Below are positions 9,484 to 19,211 of a DNA stretch of 64,000 nt, in pieces. Position 1 is the stretch's first letter. The number at the start of each line of letters is the position of its first letter. Position numbers and translations under genes: made by a program. This stretch comes from Candidatus Bathyarchaeia archaeon (GTDB lineage Archaea > Thermoproteota > Bathyarchaeia > Bathyarchaeales > Bathycorpusculaceae): assembly GCA_050010755.1 (NCBI GenBank), contig JBEKKK010000001.1, forward strand, positions 864,001 to 928,000, written 5' to 3'. A model generated the notes under the pieces. The model was not told the origin of the DNA. It searched no databases and saw only the letters and a program-made list of their open reading frames with translations.

Positions 9484-10068
9484 CTAGGTCATACGTTGGT
9501 CGAGGAGTTTTGCCATGTCTATTGCTTCTAGGCTGTATCCACAGCTTGGGCAGATTTTGAGAACTTCCACGGATTTTGCTCCAATCTTTAAGGGTCTCCC
9601 ACAGTGGCAACAGTGGTAGGTTAGTGTTTGTCCTCTGTCAACCAGTTTTTTGACAAGTTTGTTGATATCGTCTCGTGAAGCAGTCATCTCTTCTTGTTTC
9701 TGACGCAGACGCTTTGCTCTCTCTGGCATCTCGAGTTTTTCACACAATTGAGCTGCTTCATCGTAACGTCCGGTTTTTTCAAAATTGTCAACAGCATCCT
9801 GTTCGGTCTCAACTTCTATTTTATAGTGAGCGCATTTCTCGGCTTGAACAAAATAGTCCATATAACCAATAGTGGTCGGCGTCAATTTGTTTCCAGTTAT
9901 CTTACAAGAATTTTCGTCAAAGTGTGCGCAGTCGTCACAGTTTTTCTTCTTGCCGTATTCCTCTTTGGTTTTTGCGTAGCAGTCGGCACAAAGAGTCGTT
10001 TGTTTTCCATCTAGGGTCAAGCTCAGTCCGGAGCCTGAAAATTTCTTTCCGCAGACCTCGCATCGCAT
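9484..10068 (-). CDS. Cys-rich multi-zinc-finger hypothetical protein
   Basis: CEVC, CADC, CDDC..C, CCHC, CPSC pairs around a helical EKTGRYDEAAQLCEKL segment. Confidence 0.75.
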   Translation of the reverse strand: MRCEVCGKKFSGSGLSLTLDGKQTTLCADCYAKTKEEYGKKKNCDDCAHFDENSCKITGNKLTPTTIGYMDYFVQAEKCAHYKIEVETEQDAVDNFEKTGRYDEAAQLCEKLEMPERAKRLRQKQEEMTASRDDINKLVKKLVDRGQTLTYHCCHCGRPLKIGAKSVEVLKICPSCGYSLEAIDMAKLLDQRMT

Positions 10069-10503
10069 GTTCTATCTTTCTCATTCTAGGATAATCATCT
10101 TTATTTGTCTTACAGTCAACTTCGAATCGCAGACCAAAACAAAGTTATTCAATCGGTCAAGAACTAACTATTTGTGGGTTGAGGGTTGAGCCTCAATTTT
10201 CGTAATGTTATATGAAAAAGTGCAGAGAAGAGACTTCCCTAATTTGAACATTGGCAATTCAACTAGGCTTATTTTCAGGAGATATCTGTTGCTGTTTACA
10301 CGCGCCTTCCATTCATGGTTTGAAAGTGGTATTCAGCTGTTCTTTCATAGGTACGTTAGCCATGGGTTTTGGATGAGCGTGTTTTGGCTCAGTACACGTT
10401 GAAAGAATGAGCTTCTGGAAGATAAGACTCCAAGGAAGATAGAATTCAAAAGTTTGGCCTAGGCTAGACTCTGGAGCTTGAAGCCAAGACTCTTTGCTAG
10501 ATG

Positions 10504-10617
10504 TCAAGGGTTTCTCCATTTGTCGGGGTTCCTGTATTCTACCTTCGGACCGTCTTGCCTGATTATGTCGTATGTCTTCAGGAAATCATCTCGTGAGAGC
10601 CTTCTCCTTCTCCTCAT
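10504..10617 (-). CDS. candidate 37-aa small protein MRRRRRLSRDDFLKTYDIIRQDGPKVEYRNPDKWRNP
   Basis: Manual translation; ATG preceded by purine-rich GAGG/AGGG and a CTTATAT TATA-like box about 35-40 bp upstream. Confidence 0.45.
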   Translation of the reverse strand: MRRRRRLSRDDFLKTYDIIRQDGPKVEYRNPDKWRNP

Positions 10618-10990
10618 CCCTAAGCCTCAGGAAGTGTGTAAGTCTTGAACGGATATAAGCGAAATTGCGATAACGCCAGTATGTCAAGAACAGAAACATT
10701 CCACTCCCACATGCTTGGGGTAGTCGAGAAGCTGTCCTGGATAGTGGCAGTTTTTGAGATTTTACAGTCAGGTTTTTCTAATTCGGTTCTTGGACCGCAT
10801 CGAACTATCGAATCAGCTTACGGCGTAAAAACGAAGTTCGAATTTTGGAAGTTCTGCAATCGCCCTCGCGCGAATAGAAGATTCCTCTAGAAGTAAACCC
10901 TAGAAGTGCGATCCATGATTCTAATATAGAGCTTTCGTACAGAACGGAGTAAAATAAAGGAGAAGCAGGGAAACTCGCAAAATCGTCAGA

Positions 10991-13219
10991 GTGGTTACGC
11001 GTATGGCTAAACGCCCTAGTTCATTTGTTCACAGCGGTGAGCCTCAAAACGCTTGGACTTCAAATGAGGCGAAAAATAGCTTACATGGCAGTTTTGAACT
11101 GGAGGCCTCTAAACAGACGAGGAGATTGCACCAAACCATAGTCGATCTTGAGAATGAAAAACGAACTCTTCTGGGCGAGATGAAGGCTCTTGAAGCTAGG
11201 GCGATGCGAGGGTGGGCAGGTATGAGTCGCAGACAGGTATACTCCATCGTTATGCTGGGCATAATTGCGACTGCGATAGTCATTTTTGTTCCCCCTCTTT
11301 TCATAGTTCCCTTTGCTTCTGAAAACCTTCCGCTCACAACTCTGAACAAGCAGACGAAGCTTGTATCTTACCTGCGAGAAATTCAATCCTACCAAAATAT
11401 CTTTCTCGCTGTTCACGGTTACGATCACAAGTGTCCCATCGATGGCTCAACAGCGTACGAGTTCACATGCCCCACGGGCGAACTTTCGGTTGAAGAAATA
11501 AATGAACGAATTGAGGCTGGCATCGAAATATTCAAGAAATGCGGCCTTGAAATTGACACATATGCTTTTCCAGGTCAGGACTATGATCAACGGGTACTCT
11601 CCGTTTTGAGCAATTACTACCCCACACCCTCGGTGTACAACAAGACAAATCTAGTGGGACTTGGGTTAACAGGAAATTCTTCTTTGACGGATCTTGTCGT
11701 TTACTATGGCTTCAAGGAATACACATGGATGTGGCGCAACGGTGTTACGGAAAAACAATACCAGGATGCCCTAAATCAGCTTTCGCAGGACAAGCCTAGC
11801 CTGCTCCTAGTCCACATTCAAGACATAACAAACCAGACACTGGGCCTGCTTAAAGAATATGCTCTTCTTTGTGGAAGCGCCGGAATTATTCGGCTGGACG
11901 ACGTGACATTCGATAGCCAAGTGGAGGCGACCAGAAAAGTGGTGGATATCGCTTTGGCGTACAATGTGAGCCTAGTCTTGGCTGTAATTCCTGCTTCTCC
12001 ATGGGCTGGAACCTCAAACAGTTTCCTTTCTGAACCCATGATCAACGCTCTTTGGGTGCTTTCGACAAGTCTATTCGTGTTTCCCACAGTCGTCATGATA
12101 CCGTGGGCGCTCCTTTTCAAGATGAAAAAGCGGAAGCCTTACGCAAAGTGGAATCCTCACTATCCAGCGGTCAGTATAATACTTCCCGCTTTCAACGAGG
12201 AGAAAACCATAGCTCAATCAATAGAGCGAAGTTTGAGCCAACGCTACAGAGGCAATATAGAAATTATTGTCGTAGACGACGGAAGCACAGACAGGACTTA
12301 TGAAATCGCCAAGACTTACGCTGACAAACATGCTAACGTAGGAGTCACCCGGCTTGAGAAAAACCTGGGCAAATCCCACGCCCTTAACATGGGTTTTGCA
12401 CAGGCAAAAGGCGAAATCTCGGTGTTCTCCGACACGGATAGCGTCTTGGCTCCCGATGCAATCTCCAGAATGCTTTCCCACTTTAAAGATTCTGAAGTGG
12501 GCATGGTGGCCGGGATGGTTGTCGTGGGAAACGAAAAAAACCTGTTGACACGTTTGCAACAGATCGAATATATTCTGAGTCAGACTCTTATCAGATTTTG
12601 TCAATCATCACAGAAGAACGTTCTGATATGTCCCGGTGCCTGCACGGCAGTGAGGACTGATATAGCTAGGAAGGTTTCTGTTTCCGATAGGACCGTGACG
12701 GAAGACGCTGACTTCACGTTTTCAGTGTGGAAAGAAGGATGGAAAATCTGCCAAGAACCGGAAGCAGTTAGCTACACAGAAGCTCCCACAAGGCTGAGAA
12801 GCTTGATAACTCAGAGAAAGAGATGGCTGTACGGAAGTCTGCAGACCATGGCATTTCATAAGTGGTCTGCAAGGGAAGGAAACCCTTGGGTTCTAAAAGC
12901 TTGGCTTGAATGTTTCCTGAGCCCCTTCGCCTTGGTTTTCATTGCGTCTCTTCCATTACAGTTCTTTTTGTTGGGCTTCGCTTTTCCCCTCTTTCTTCTC
13001 ACCTATGGAATGTTGCCCTTCGCCATTCTGGCAATTAGCGGAGCCATAGGCATACGACTCTTTAACAAAGGCAAAAAATCAAAACTCGCCTTTCTGATGC
13101 CATTATACGCTGTATACCAGCTGATGATGAACATGCTTCTTGTATCCATGGTCTTAGCCTTCGTAACCAAGAGAGGAATACACCTTCCACGCGGAGGAAG
13201 AATCATCCACGTGGTCTGA
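10991..13219 (+). CDS. polysaccharide deacetylase (DUF2334/NodB-like) fused to processive GT2 synthase (PgaC/IcaA-like)
   Basis: HGYDH, EF, IRLDDV...AVIP deacetylase motifs; GT2 PAFNEE, DDGS, DTD, TED, QRKRW; TM helices flanking both domains. Start uncertain. Confidence 0.88.
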   Translation: MVTRMAKRPSSFVHSGEPQNAWTSNEAKNSLHGSFELEASKQTRRLHQTIVDLENEKRTLLGEMKALEARAMRGWAGMSRRQVYSIVMLGIIATAIVIFVPPLFIVPFASENLPLTTLNKQTKLVSYLREIQSYQNIFLAVHGYDHKCPIDGSTAYEFTCPTGELSVEEINERIEAGIEIFKKCGLEIDTYAFPGQDYDQRVLSVLSNYYPTPSVYNKTNLVGLGLTGNSSLTDLVVYYGFKEYTWMWRNGVTEKQYQDALNQLSQDKPSLLLVHIQDITNQTLGLLKEYALLCGSAGIIRLDDVTFDSQVEATRKVVDIALAYNVSLVLAVIPASPWAGTSNSFLSEPMINALWVLSTSLFVFPTVVMIPWALLFKMKKRKPYAKWNPHYPAVSIILPAFNEEKTIAQSIERSLSQRYRGNIEIIVVDDGSTDRTYEIAKTYADKHANVGVTRLEKNLGKSHALNMGFAQAKGEISVFSDTDSVLAPDAISRMLSHFKDSEVGMVAGMVVVGNEKNLLTRLQQIEYILSQTLIRFCQSSQKNVLICPGACTAVRTDIARKVSVSDRTVTEDADFTFSVWKEGWKICQEPEAVSYTEAPTRLRSLITQRKRWLYGSLQTMAFHKWSAREGNPWVLKAWLECFLSPFALVFIASLPLQFFLLGFAFPLFLLTYGMLPFAILAISGAIGIRLFNKGKKSKLAFLMPLYAVYQLMMNMLLVSMVLAFVTKRGIHLPRGGRIIHVV

Positions 13220-13379
13220 CAATAAGTGCAGGCTGCTCCAAAATCGTGGCAGCAACTGAGTCACAACTGTTTTGCAACCATCAAAACGCAGGCGGGTCCG
13301 TTAGAAAGAGTGAACTAGATCATCTTTTTTGGAAAAGCTTATGCGACACTGACGCAATCCTAGATAGAGGGTCTCAAGA

Positions 13380-13694
13380 ATGGGTGATTCTTTTGAGTTT
13401 GAATTCCAGAAAAAGTTGACCAAGATGCGAGAAGAGCTTGGAAAGAGAGAAGTGGACATTAGAGGCCAACTGGCGAACATTGAGAGGATCAAGGTCGAAG
13501 CGTTGAAAAGGACGGAAGAGCTCAAGTTTTCGGCGAAGCATGACGTGGAAAAGTTAGAACAAGACATAATGAAAGCAAAGGACTTGAATACCGAAGTTAG
13601 GTCGAGACTTAATTCAGAAGCGGCCACGCTGAAAGAAGATCTTGATAAGAAATACACTGAACTGAGAAACACTGTCCTTGGCAAAGCTTCCTAG
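13380..13694 (+). CDS. charged coiled-coil hypothetical protein
   Basis: 104 aa, E/K-rich heptad pattern, purine-rich leader. Confidence 0.7.
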   Translation: MGDSFEFEFQKKLTKMREELGKREVDIRGQLANIERIKVEALKRTEELKFSAKHDVEKLEQDIMKAKDLNTEVRSRLNSEAATLKEDLDKKYTELRNTVLGKAS

Positions 13695-14010
13695 GCAAAC
13701 CTGCCTACGAATTTCTCTGACAGTGCTCGTTGCTTGGAAGACGAACTGGCGGCGGATCTGGCGGAGCGTTACTGTGTCTTCTGCGAGAGTGTTGAAGCTC
13801 ACGCTCGGGTTAGCCTTTTGAAGTTCTTTTCTTTCCTCCGAATAAGTTTCGGTGTAGACGCATGGAGCAGAAGAGCGCATGTTGAGAACCTTTATCGCTA
13901 GCACCGTTGAGATGCACGTTGACCAAAGAAAAGAAGGCAAGCGAGCAATGGTTGAATTTTTTGATCAGGGAGTTTTTGTTCAACAGTCTTTTAGGAATAA
14001 TTGTGTTCGT

Positions 14011-14388
14011 TTATTCTTTTCTTGGATCTGCATACGCGCCTAGATGTGTGGCACATTGCATTATTCGCGGAAGGATGTCAGCTCTTCCGTGGAGTTCGTT
14101 TATTTCATTCTCGGCTTCTAAGAGCCTTTCGATTTCGCAACAATGATACATGAACTCTATGCCTTTGTGAGTTGTCTTGTACACCACTTTTTTGTCCAGT
14201 AGAACTTTCTCCAAGAGTTTGGCGTTCATCATGAGCCCGACGTATCTGCTCAGCATATCGGAATTCAATCCTACGTTATACATTATGTTAGTCTTTACTA
14301 TTCCATGTCGCGCCATCTCCAGGATTTCCGCCACTATCGCGATCCTGTCCCTTCCGCTGTTCCTCAGTTCAACGTTGATGTTCGCCAT
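14011..14388 (-). CDS. archaeal winged-helix regulator (HTH_45/DUF4364-like)
   Basis: RDRIAIVAEIL...KTNIMYNVGL...Y.TT.KG; start taken at MANIN (14388). Confidence 0.8.
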   Translation of the reverse strand: MANINVELRNSGRDRIAIVAEILEMARHGIVKTNIMYNVGLNSDMLSRYVGLMMNAKLLEKVLLDKKVVYKTTHKGIEFMYHCCEIERLLEAENEINELHGRADILPRIMQCATHLGAYADPRKE

Positions 14389-14699
14389 GCTGTTTTCGCA
14401 CCAAACAGATAAGTGGGTAGCCAAGGAGTTAATTCTACGTTTTTGTACGTTTCCGTGTCGCCGTACAAAATGTTTGAACGGGTCCATTGGGAACGTTTGA
14501 GCTCGAAAATTACGTTCAACGGGCCAAGATCAAACTGAGAGCTTTCAGAGCAGTCGCAAGCGCCATCTGTTAAGGGTTAGAAGGCATTCAATTCTGGAAA
14601 AAGCTTAATAGCTGGGCTTACTCAGTGCCCATAATCTTTTGCCGTTTAACGGTGACTATGAGATATGACGAAGTGCCTGAAGAAAAGCGCGTTTGACAA

Positions 14700-15674
14700 G
14701 TGCTTGAATGGCGAGTGTTGGTTACTTTGACAAATCCTTCGATAGAGGCCGTAAACCTCTCTAAACGTTATGGTTCGTTTGTTGCCGTTTCGGGTCTAAA
14801 CCTAAAGCTTGAGGGGTCCAAGTGCGTCGGGTTCTTGGGACCGAACGGTGCGGGGAAGACGACTACTCTCAAGATGTTTACGGATCTGATAAGGCCGTCT
14901 TCTGGTCAGGCTTTGATAAACGGCGTGAACGTTCACACTGAGAAGAAGAAAGCGTTGGAGTCTGTTGGGTCCTTGATTGAGACTCCTGAGATTTATCCCT
15001 CATTGACGCCTAAGGAAGCGCTCATGATGATAGCCGAGATTAGAGGGGTGCCTAGGACAGAGCGGATTAAGCGAATTGAAGAAGCGGTCTCTGAGGTGCG
15101 GATGGAAGAATGGATAGACAAGAGGGTCGGCAAGTTTTCGAAAGGAATGAAGCAGAGAATATGTATTGCCTCTGCGCTTCTTAGCGATCCAACCATACTT
15201 GTCTTAGACGAGCCCAGCAACGGACTTGACCCCCGGGGAATGAGTGAGGTCAGAGCTATTGTGAAATCCTTGAAGCGGAAGGAGAGGTTGATCTTCATGA
15301 GTTCCCACATTCTCAGCGAGGTTTCAGAGGTCTGCGACGAGGTTGCGATGATAGACCATGGCAAACTAATAGTTTACGATACGATTTCCAAAGTGTCGGC
15401 CAAGGTTTCTGGAGGAGAAAACATAGTGGAAGTTGGGTTGCTAAGCTCAATCGATGCTGCTTTCGTGACCAAGAAAATAGGAACTCTTGCAGACGTAGTA
15501 GCTACAGAGATGAAAGATGATAGGAATTTGAGAATCAGGTTCAACGGAGGCTTGGATGTGCAGGAACGACTTCTGTCCGACCTCGTGCGAATGAACGTTG
15601 GAGTGATCAGTTACAGGCCAGCGTCATCGGAACTAGAAGACGCTTACCTCAAACTTATCAAGGACACGGTGTGA
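14700..15674 (+). CDS. ABC-2 type exporter ATP-binding subunit
   Basis: Walker A GPNGAGKTT, signature FSKGMKQR, Walker B LVLDEP, SSH. Confidence 0.95.
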   Translation: MLEWRVLVTLTNPSIEAVNLSKRYGSFVAVSGLNLKLEGSKCVGFLGPNGAGKTTTLKMFTDLIRPSSGQALINGVNVHTEKKKALESVGSLIETPEIYPSLTPKEALMMIAEIRGVPRTERIKRIEEAVSEVRMEEWIDKRVGKFSKGMKQRICIASALLSDPTILVLDEPSNGLDPRGMSEVRAIVKSLKRKERLIFMSSHILSEVSEVCDEVAMIDHGKLIVYDTISKVSAKVSGGENIVEVGLLSSIDAAFVTKKIGTLADVVATEMKDDRNLRIRFNGGLDVQERLLSDLVRMNVGVISYRPASSELEDAYLKLIKDTV

Positions 15675-15680
15675 CAAAAC

Positions 15681-16565
15681 ATGAGCGAAATAGAAATCGT
15701 AACTGAGAATAAAGTGCCAAGCAGCATTAAGCAGATCGGCATCACAATGAAATACACGTTCCTCGACTATTTCAGATCTCGCAGATTCTTCATACTCCTA
15801 TTACTTACTTTCATAATAAGCGCCATTCTCACCGTCTTGGTGGGATACTATCGCCCCCCAAGTTTTCTCGGTGATCCAACTACTGATACCTTGAGTTTCC
15901 GTGCACTGACATTCTACTCAAGCTGGTGGGGAAACAGCGTGACCTTCGTGATCATACTTGGAGGGATATTCTTCGGCGGAGACGCCATTAGCGGCGAATT
16001 CCAAAACAAAACGGGCTACTTCGGAGTTCCAAATCCCATCCGGAGATCGAGCATATACATTGGAAAGTGGCTATCAGCCTTCATTGCGGCCACCGTAATC
16101 TTCGCCATCTTTGCAACCATCACCCTTGGCAACGGCTTATACTACTTCGGCGCTAACGTCCCAATCCAATTCGGTCAATCACTGTTATACGCCTGGTTCT
16201 ACCTAGCCGCAGTGATGGGCTTCACTTTCTTCTTCAGTTCCCTGTTCAAGAGTAGCAGCATGTCTATCCTCTTGACAGCGATCCTCTTTCTCTTCGTATT
16301 CTCACTGATAGAACTGCTTGTTTCAAGCCTCATCAATGTTGAACCCTGGTTCATCCTAACTTACGGGGCTGGAATAATCGGAAACATACTAAACCCTCTG
16401 GGGTTCCCGGCCCACGTCTCACATAATCCCATTGGACCGCGTGCGCGCTTTACAATAACGTCCTACGCCGCCTATGTCCCTGAAGGCCTAGCAATAATAG
16501 GACTTTACTTCATCATAACCGCAGTTTTAGGATTGATCTTTTTCGAAAGAAAGGAGTTTACCTAG
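15681..16565 (+). CDS. ABC-2 type exporter permease
   Basis: 6 TM helices, DAISGEFQNKT...PIRRSSIYIGK, F.RKE end; 6 bp after the ATPase gene. Confidence 0.92.
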   Translation: MSEIEIVTENKVPSSIKQIGITMKYTFLDYFRSRRFFILLLLTFIISAILTVLVGYYRPPSFLGDPTTDTLSFRALTFYSSWWGNSVTFVIILGGIFFGGDAISGEFQNKTGYFGVPNPIRRSSIYIGKWLSAFIAATVIFAIFATITLGNGLYYFGANVPIQFGQSLLYAWFYLAAVMGFTFFFSSLFKSSSMSILLTAILFLFVFSLIELLVSSLINVEPWFILTYGAGIIGNILNPLGFPAHVSHNPIGPRARFTITSYAAYVPEGLAIIGLYFIITAVLGLIFFERKEFT

Positions 16566-16646
16566 TTCGTCGCCTTGTCCACTAAGCCAGCTTGCTTTTT
16601 CGAAAGTTAGCCGATGTTCAACATGTCAACTGTCAACACCTAAATC

Positions 16647-16850
16647 CTACTGCTCGTTGATGCGAAATTGCGGGAGCTTGCTGTTTTCCCTCTTGAGTTC
16701 TTTGCGGGCCAAGAGTTCTGGCAGTTCGACCTCTGCCCAGAGTCTCCCGTAGCGTAGTTCGTCTTCGGACCGTTTGAGTAAAGGTTCGCGGGTGTTGACT
16801 CTCGGAATGAACTCGCAGCTGCCCTCTTCACATCGTGGAGATTTGCTCAT
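16647..16850 (-). CDS. small hypothetical protein
   Basis: 67 aa; start overlaps the upstream stop (ATGA), suggesting translational coupling. Confidence 0.45.
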   Translation of the reverse strand: MSKSPRCEEGSCEFIPRVNTREPLLKRSEDELRYGRLWAEVELPELLARKELKRENSKLPQFRINEQ

Positions 16851-17062
16851 TTCTTCAGTGCCTCCCGCATCAAATTCTGCACCGCTTCACTTACGCCGCC
16901 TGGACAGTTGGCAGCCACGTGGCGAATAAAATTCTGCACTAGGTCACCAGGAACATGATGCAAAGTGATGTTTACGAAAATGTCCTCTTTGGCCGAGTCA
17001 ACACAATTGCTCTGAAGGCTGATCTGAGCTTCCCCTTGCTTAATCGTGATAGTCACTCTCAT
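16847..17062 (-). CDS. small protein with C-terminal RHH-like motif
   Basis: VNITLHHVPGDLVQNF...GVSEAVQNLMREAL fits a strand-helix-helix pattern. Confidence 0.5.
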   Translation of the reverse strand: MRVTITIKQGEAQISLQSNCVDSAKEDIFVNITLHHVPGDLVQNFIRHVAANCPGGVSEAVQNLMREALKK

Positions 17063-17375
17063 CCTATACGTAGTTCTGTGGAGCTTGGCGAACCGGCCTT
17101 TTCATGAGGGAATGAGTGTGCTTTTAGACGAGGTTTCCAGAAACTAGGAAGTCTGTTTGACTTTCCTAGACGGAACGGGATCTCGCCTTTGAGATGAATC
17201 GGTCCGCCAAGCCTGCACTCAACGCTGGGTTTCCCAGTTAAAAGGCTGGTTGCGAAAAGACGTTGGCTGAGGGGGGAGAGTCGAGTTAAAGTGTTCAGGC
17301 AGGAAACGGTTGCGCCAAAGATTATTTATGCCGTGGCGGAAGATAGGCTTGCCGTAACGTGTTGGGGTTGGAAGC

Positions 17376-18050
17376 TTGCGCATCATAGGCGTCAGTGGCA
17401 GTCCGAGGGCTGGAGTAAACACTGATATTATACTGTCCGAGGCTTTGGCCGCTGCGAAGGAGGAGGGTGCAGAGGTAGGTCTGATACGCATTTCGGACTA
17501 CAGTTTAGAGCCTTGCAGCGCTTGCCAGGCCTGTTTCACCAATAAGAAATGTGTCATCAACGACGACTGTGAGAAAATCTACCGGGAAATCCTCCGTGCC
17601 GATGGCGTAATACTGGGAAGTCCATCATATTTCCAGGCGGTGTCGGCTCAAATGAAGATTTTCATAGACAGAATTGGTTTCCTGGCCTTGGCGAGGGGAC
17701 GAAAAGATTTTGCGGGTAAAGTCGGCGGAGTCATCGCGGTCGCTCGCCGTTCAGGAGTTTCGAGCGCATGCAGTCAGATGTTGACGTTCTTGACGGCGGT
17801 CAGGATGGTGATTCCCAGCGGCGGAAGGGCCTTCGCCATTGCACGGCAAAAGGGTGAAGTTACACGAGACAAGGAGGGAATGGAAAGCGCAAGATACCTC
17901 GGAAAAATGATGGTAAAGACCGCGGCACTGACAAACCCGAGAGAGGGTGAAGTTACCTCTCGAACACGCAAGCTCAAAAAGCGGCGTCCTCATGTGTCTG
18001 GGGGCTCGAATCGAAGCAGTGCGCTGAAGCAGGGAGATACCAAAAGGTGA
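17376..18050 (+). CDS. iron-sulfur flavoprotein / NADPH-dependent FMN reductase (flavodoxin fold)
   Basis: GSPR...NT, CxxCxxCx5C (CSACQAC...C), GSPSYF, MK.FIDR. Confidence 0.92.
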   Translation: MRIIGVSGSPRAGVNTDIILSEALAAAKEEGAEVGLIRISDYSLEPCSACQACFTNKKCVINDDCEKIYREILRADGVILGSPSYFQAVSAQMKIFIDRIGFLALARGRKDFAGKVGGVIAVARRSGVSSACSQMLTFLTAVRMVIPSGGRAFAIARQKGEVTRDKEGMESARYLGKMMVKTAALTNPREGEVTSRTRKLKKRRPHVSGGSNRSSALKQGDTKR

Positions 18051-18057
18051 AGAAGAC

Positions 18058-19008
18058 GTGACAAAGTTCTCTCGCGTTCTTGTTGCGGGTGGAGCGGGCT
18101 TCATAGGTAGTCACATCGCGGACAGACTCATCGATCAGGACGTAGAGGTCACCGTGTTGGACAACCTGTACGCTGGGCGTCTGGAAAATCTTGAAAACTG
18201 CAGTCGAAGCCGGAAATTTCGGTTTGTCCGGGGAGATGTTCGAAAGTTCAGCGTTGTTAAGCGTCTGGTGAAGGACGTGGACGCGGTGTTCAACGATGCT
18301 GCGGTGGTCAGCGTGCCTCGTTCTCTTGAAGAACCGCTCTTGGCAAATGAGGTGAACGTGGGCGGAACGTTAAACCTTCTCAAGGCATCGGTTGACTCAG
18401 GGGTGAAGCGCTACGTTCAGGCTTCGTCAGCCTCGGTTTACGGCAACACTGAGACGCTGCCTGTAGACGAAAGTCTGGCGGTCAACCCTCTTTCGCCATA
18501 CGCAGTTGCTGAGCTGGCCGCGGAAAATTATGCCAGAGTCTTCCATCGTGCGTACGGGCTTGAGACGGTTTGTCTGCGCTATTTCAACGTTTACGGGCCC
18601 AGACAAACCTTCAGTGCTTACAGCGGTGCCATCACGATATTCTTGAACAAGCTGTCAGGTGGCCAGCGTCCGGTGATTTTCGGGGATGGTGAGCAAACGC
18701 GAGACTTCGTGTACGTTGAGGATGTCGTCGAGGCAAACATGTTGGCAATGAACTCTGCGAAGGGGGTTGGCGAAGCGATAAACATTGGGACTGGCGTTCC
18801 TCATACGATAAATGAGCTCGTTCAAAGACTTCAGGAAAAACTGGACAAAAAACGGTTGAAGCCCATCTACAAAAGTCCCAGACAGGGAGATGTGAGAAAC
18901 AGTTACGCTTCTATAGAAAAAGCCAAGAGAATGCTCGGATACAAACCGAAATTCTCTCTACAAGAAGGCATAAACAAGCTGATCGAATGGTTCCAGCGCG
19001 TGCATTAG
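18058..19008 (+). CDS. NAD-dependent nucleotide-sugar epimerase/dehydratase (GalE-like)
   Basis: GGAGFIG, SSASVYG, RYFNVYGP, RDFVYVEDV. The YxxxK lysine reads E here (YAVAE). Confidence 0.9.
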   Translation: MTKFSRVLVAGGAGFIGSHIADRLIDQDVEVTVLDNLYAGRLENLENCSRSRKFRFVRGDVRKFSVVKRLVKDVDAVFNDAAVVSVPRSLEEPLLANEVNVGGTLNLLKASVDSGVKRYVQASSASVYGNTETLPVDESLAVNPLSPYAVAELAAENYARVFHRAYGLETVCLRYFNVYGPRQTFSAYSGAITIFLNKLSGGQRPVIFGDGEQTRDFVYVEDVVEANMLAMNSAKGVGEAINIGTGVPHTINELVQRLQEKLDKKRLKPIYKSPRQGDVRNSYASIEKAKRMLGYKPKFSLQEGINKLIEWFQRVH

Positions 19009-19211
19009 CCTCTTTCATTGTGAACGGTGCCCCTCGGCTTTCTTTGTTTGCGTCTGATGTAATGCTGCTGTGTAATGTAACGGCGTAAAATGCGATGTTG
19101 CGTTTCGACCCCTGCTCTGCGATATAGGCCCGCGCGTCTTTTTCAAGATGTGTTCTGTTCGGTTGTTAATGCTTAAATATATGGGGTATGTTTTTCACAA
19201 GGGGATGTAAA

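Noticed and set aside
13380-13694. ESCRT-III/CdvB-like protein
   Set aside because: Generic coiled coil, too short and without recognisable Snf7 or MIM features; no cdvA/vps4 neighbours.
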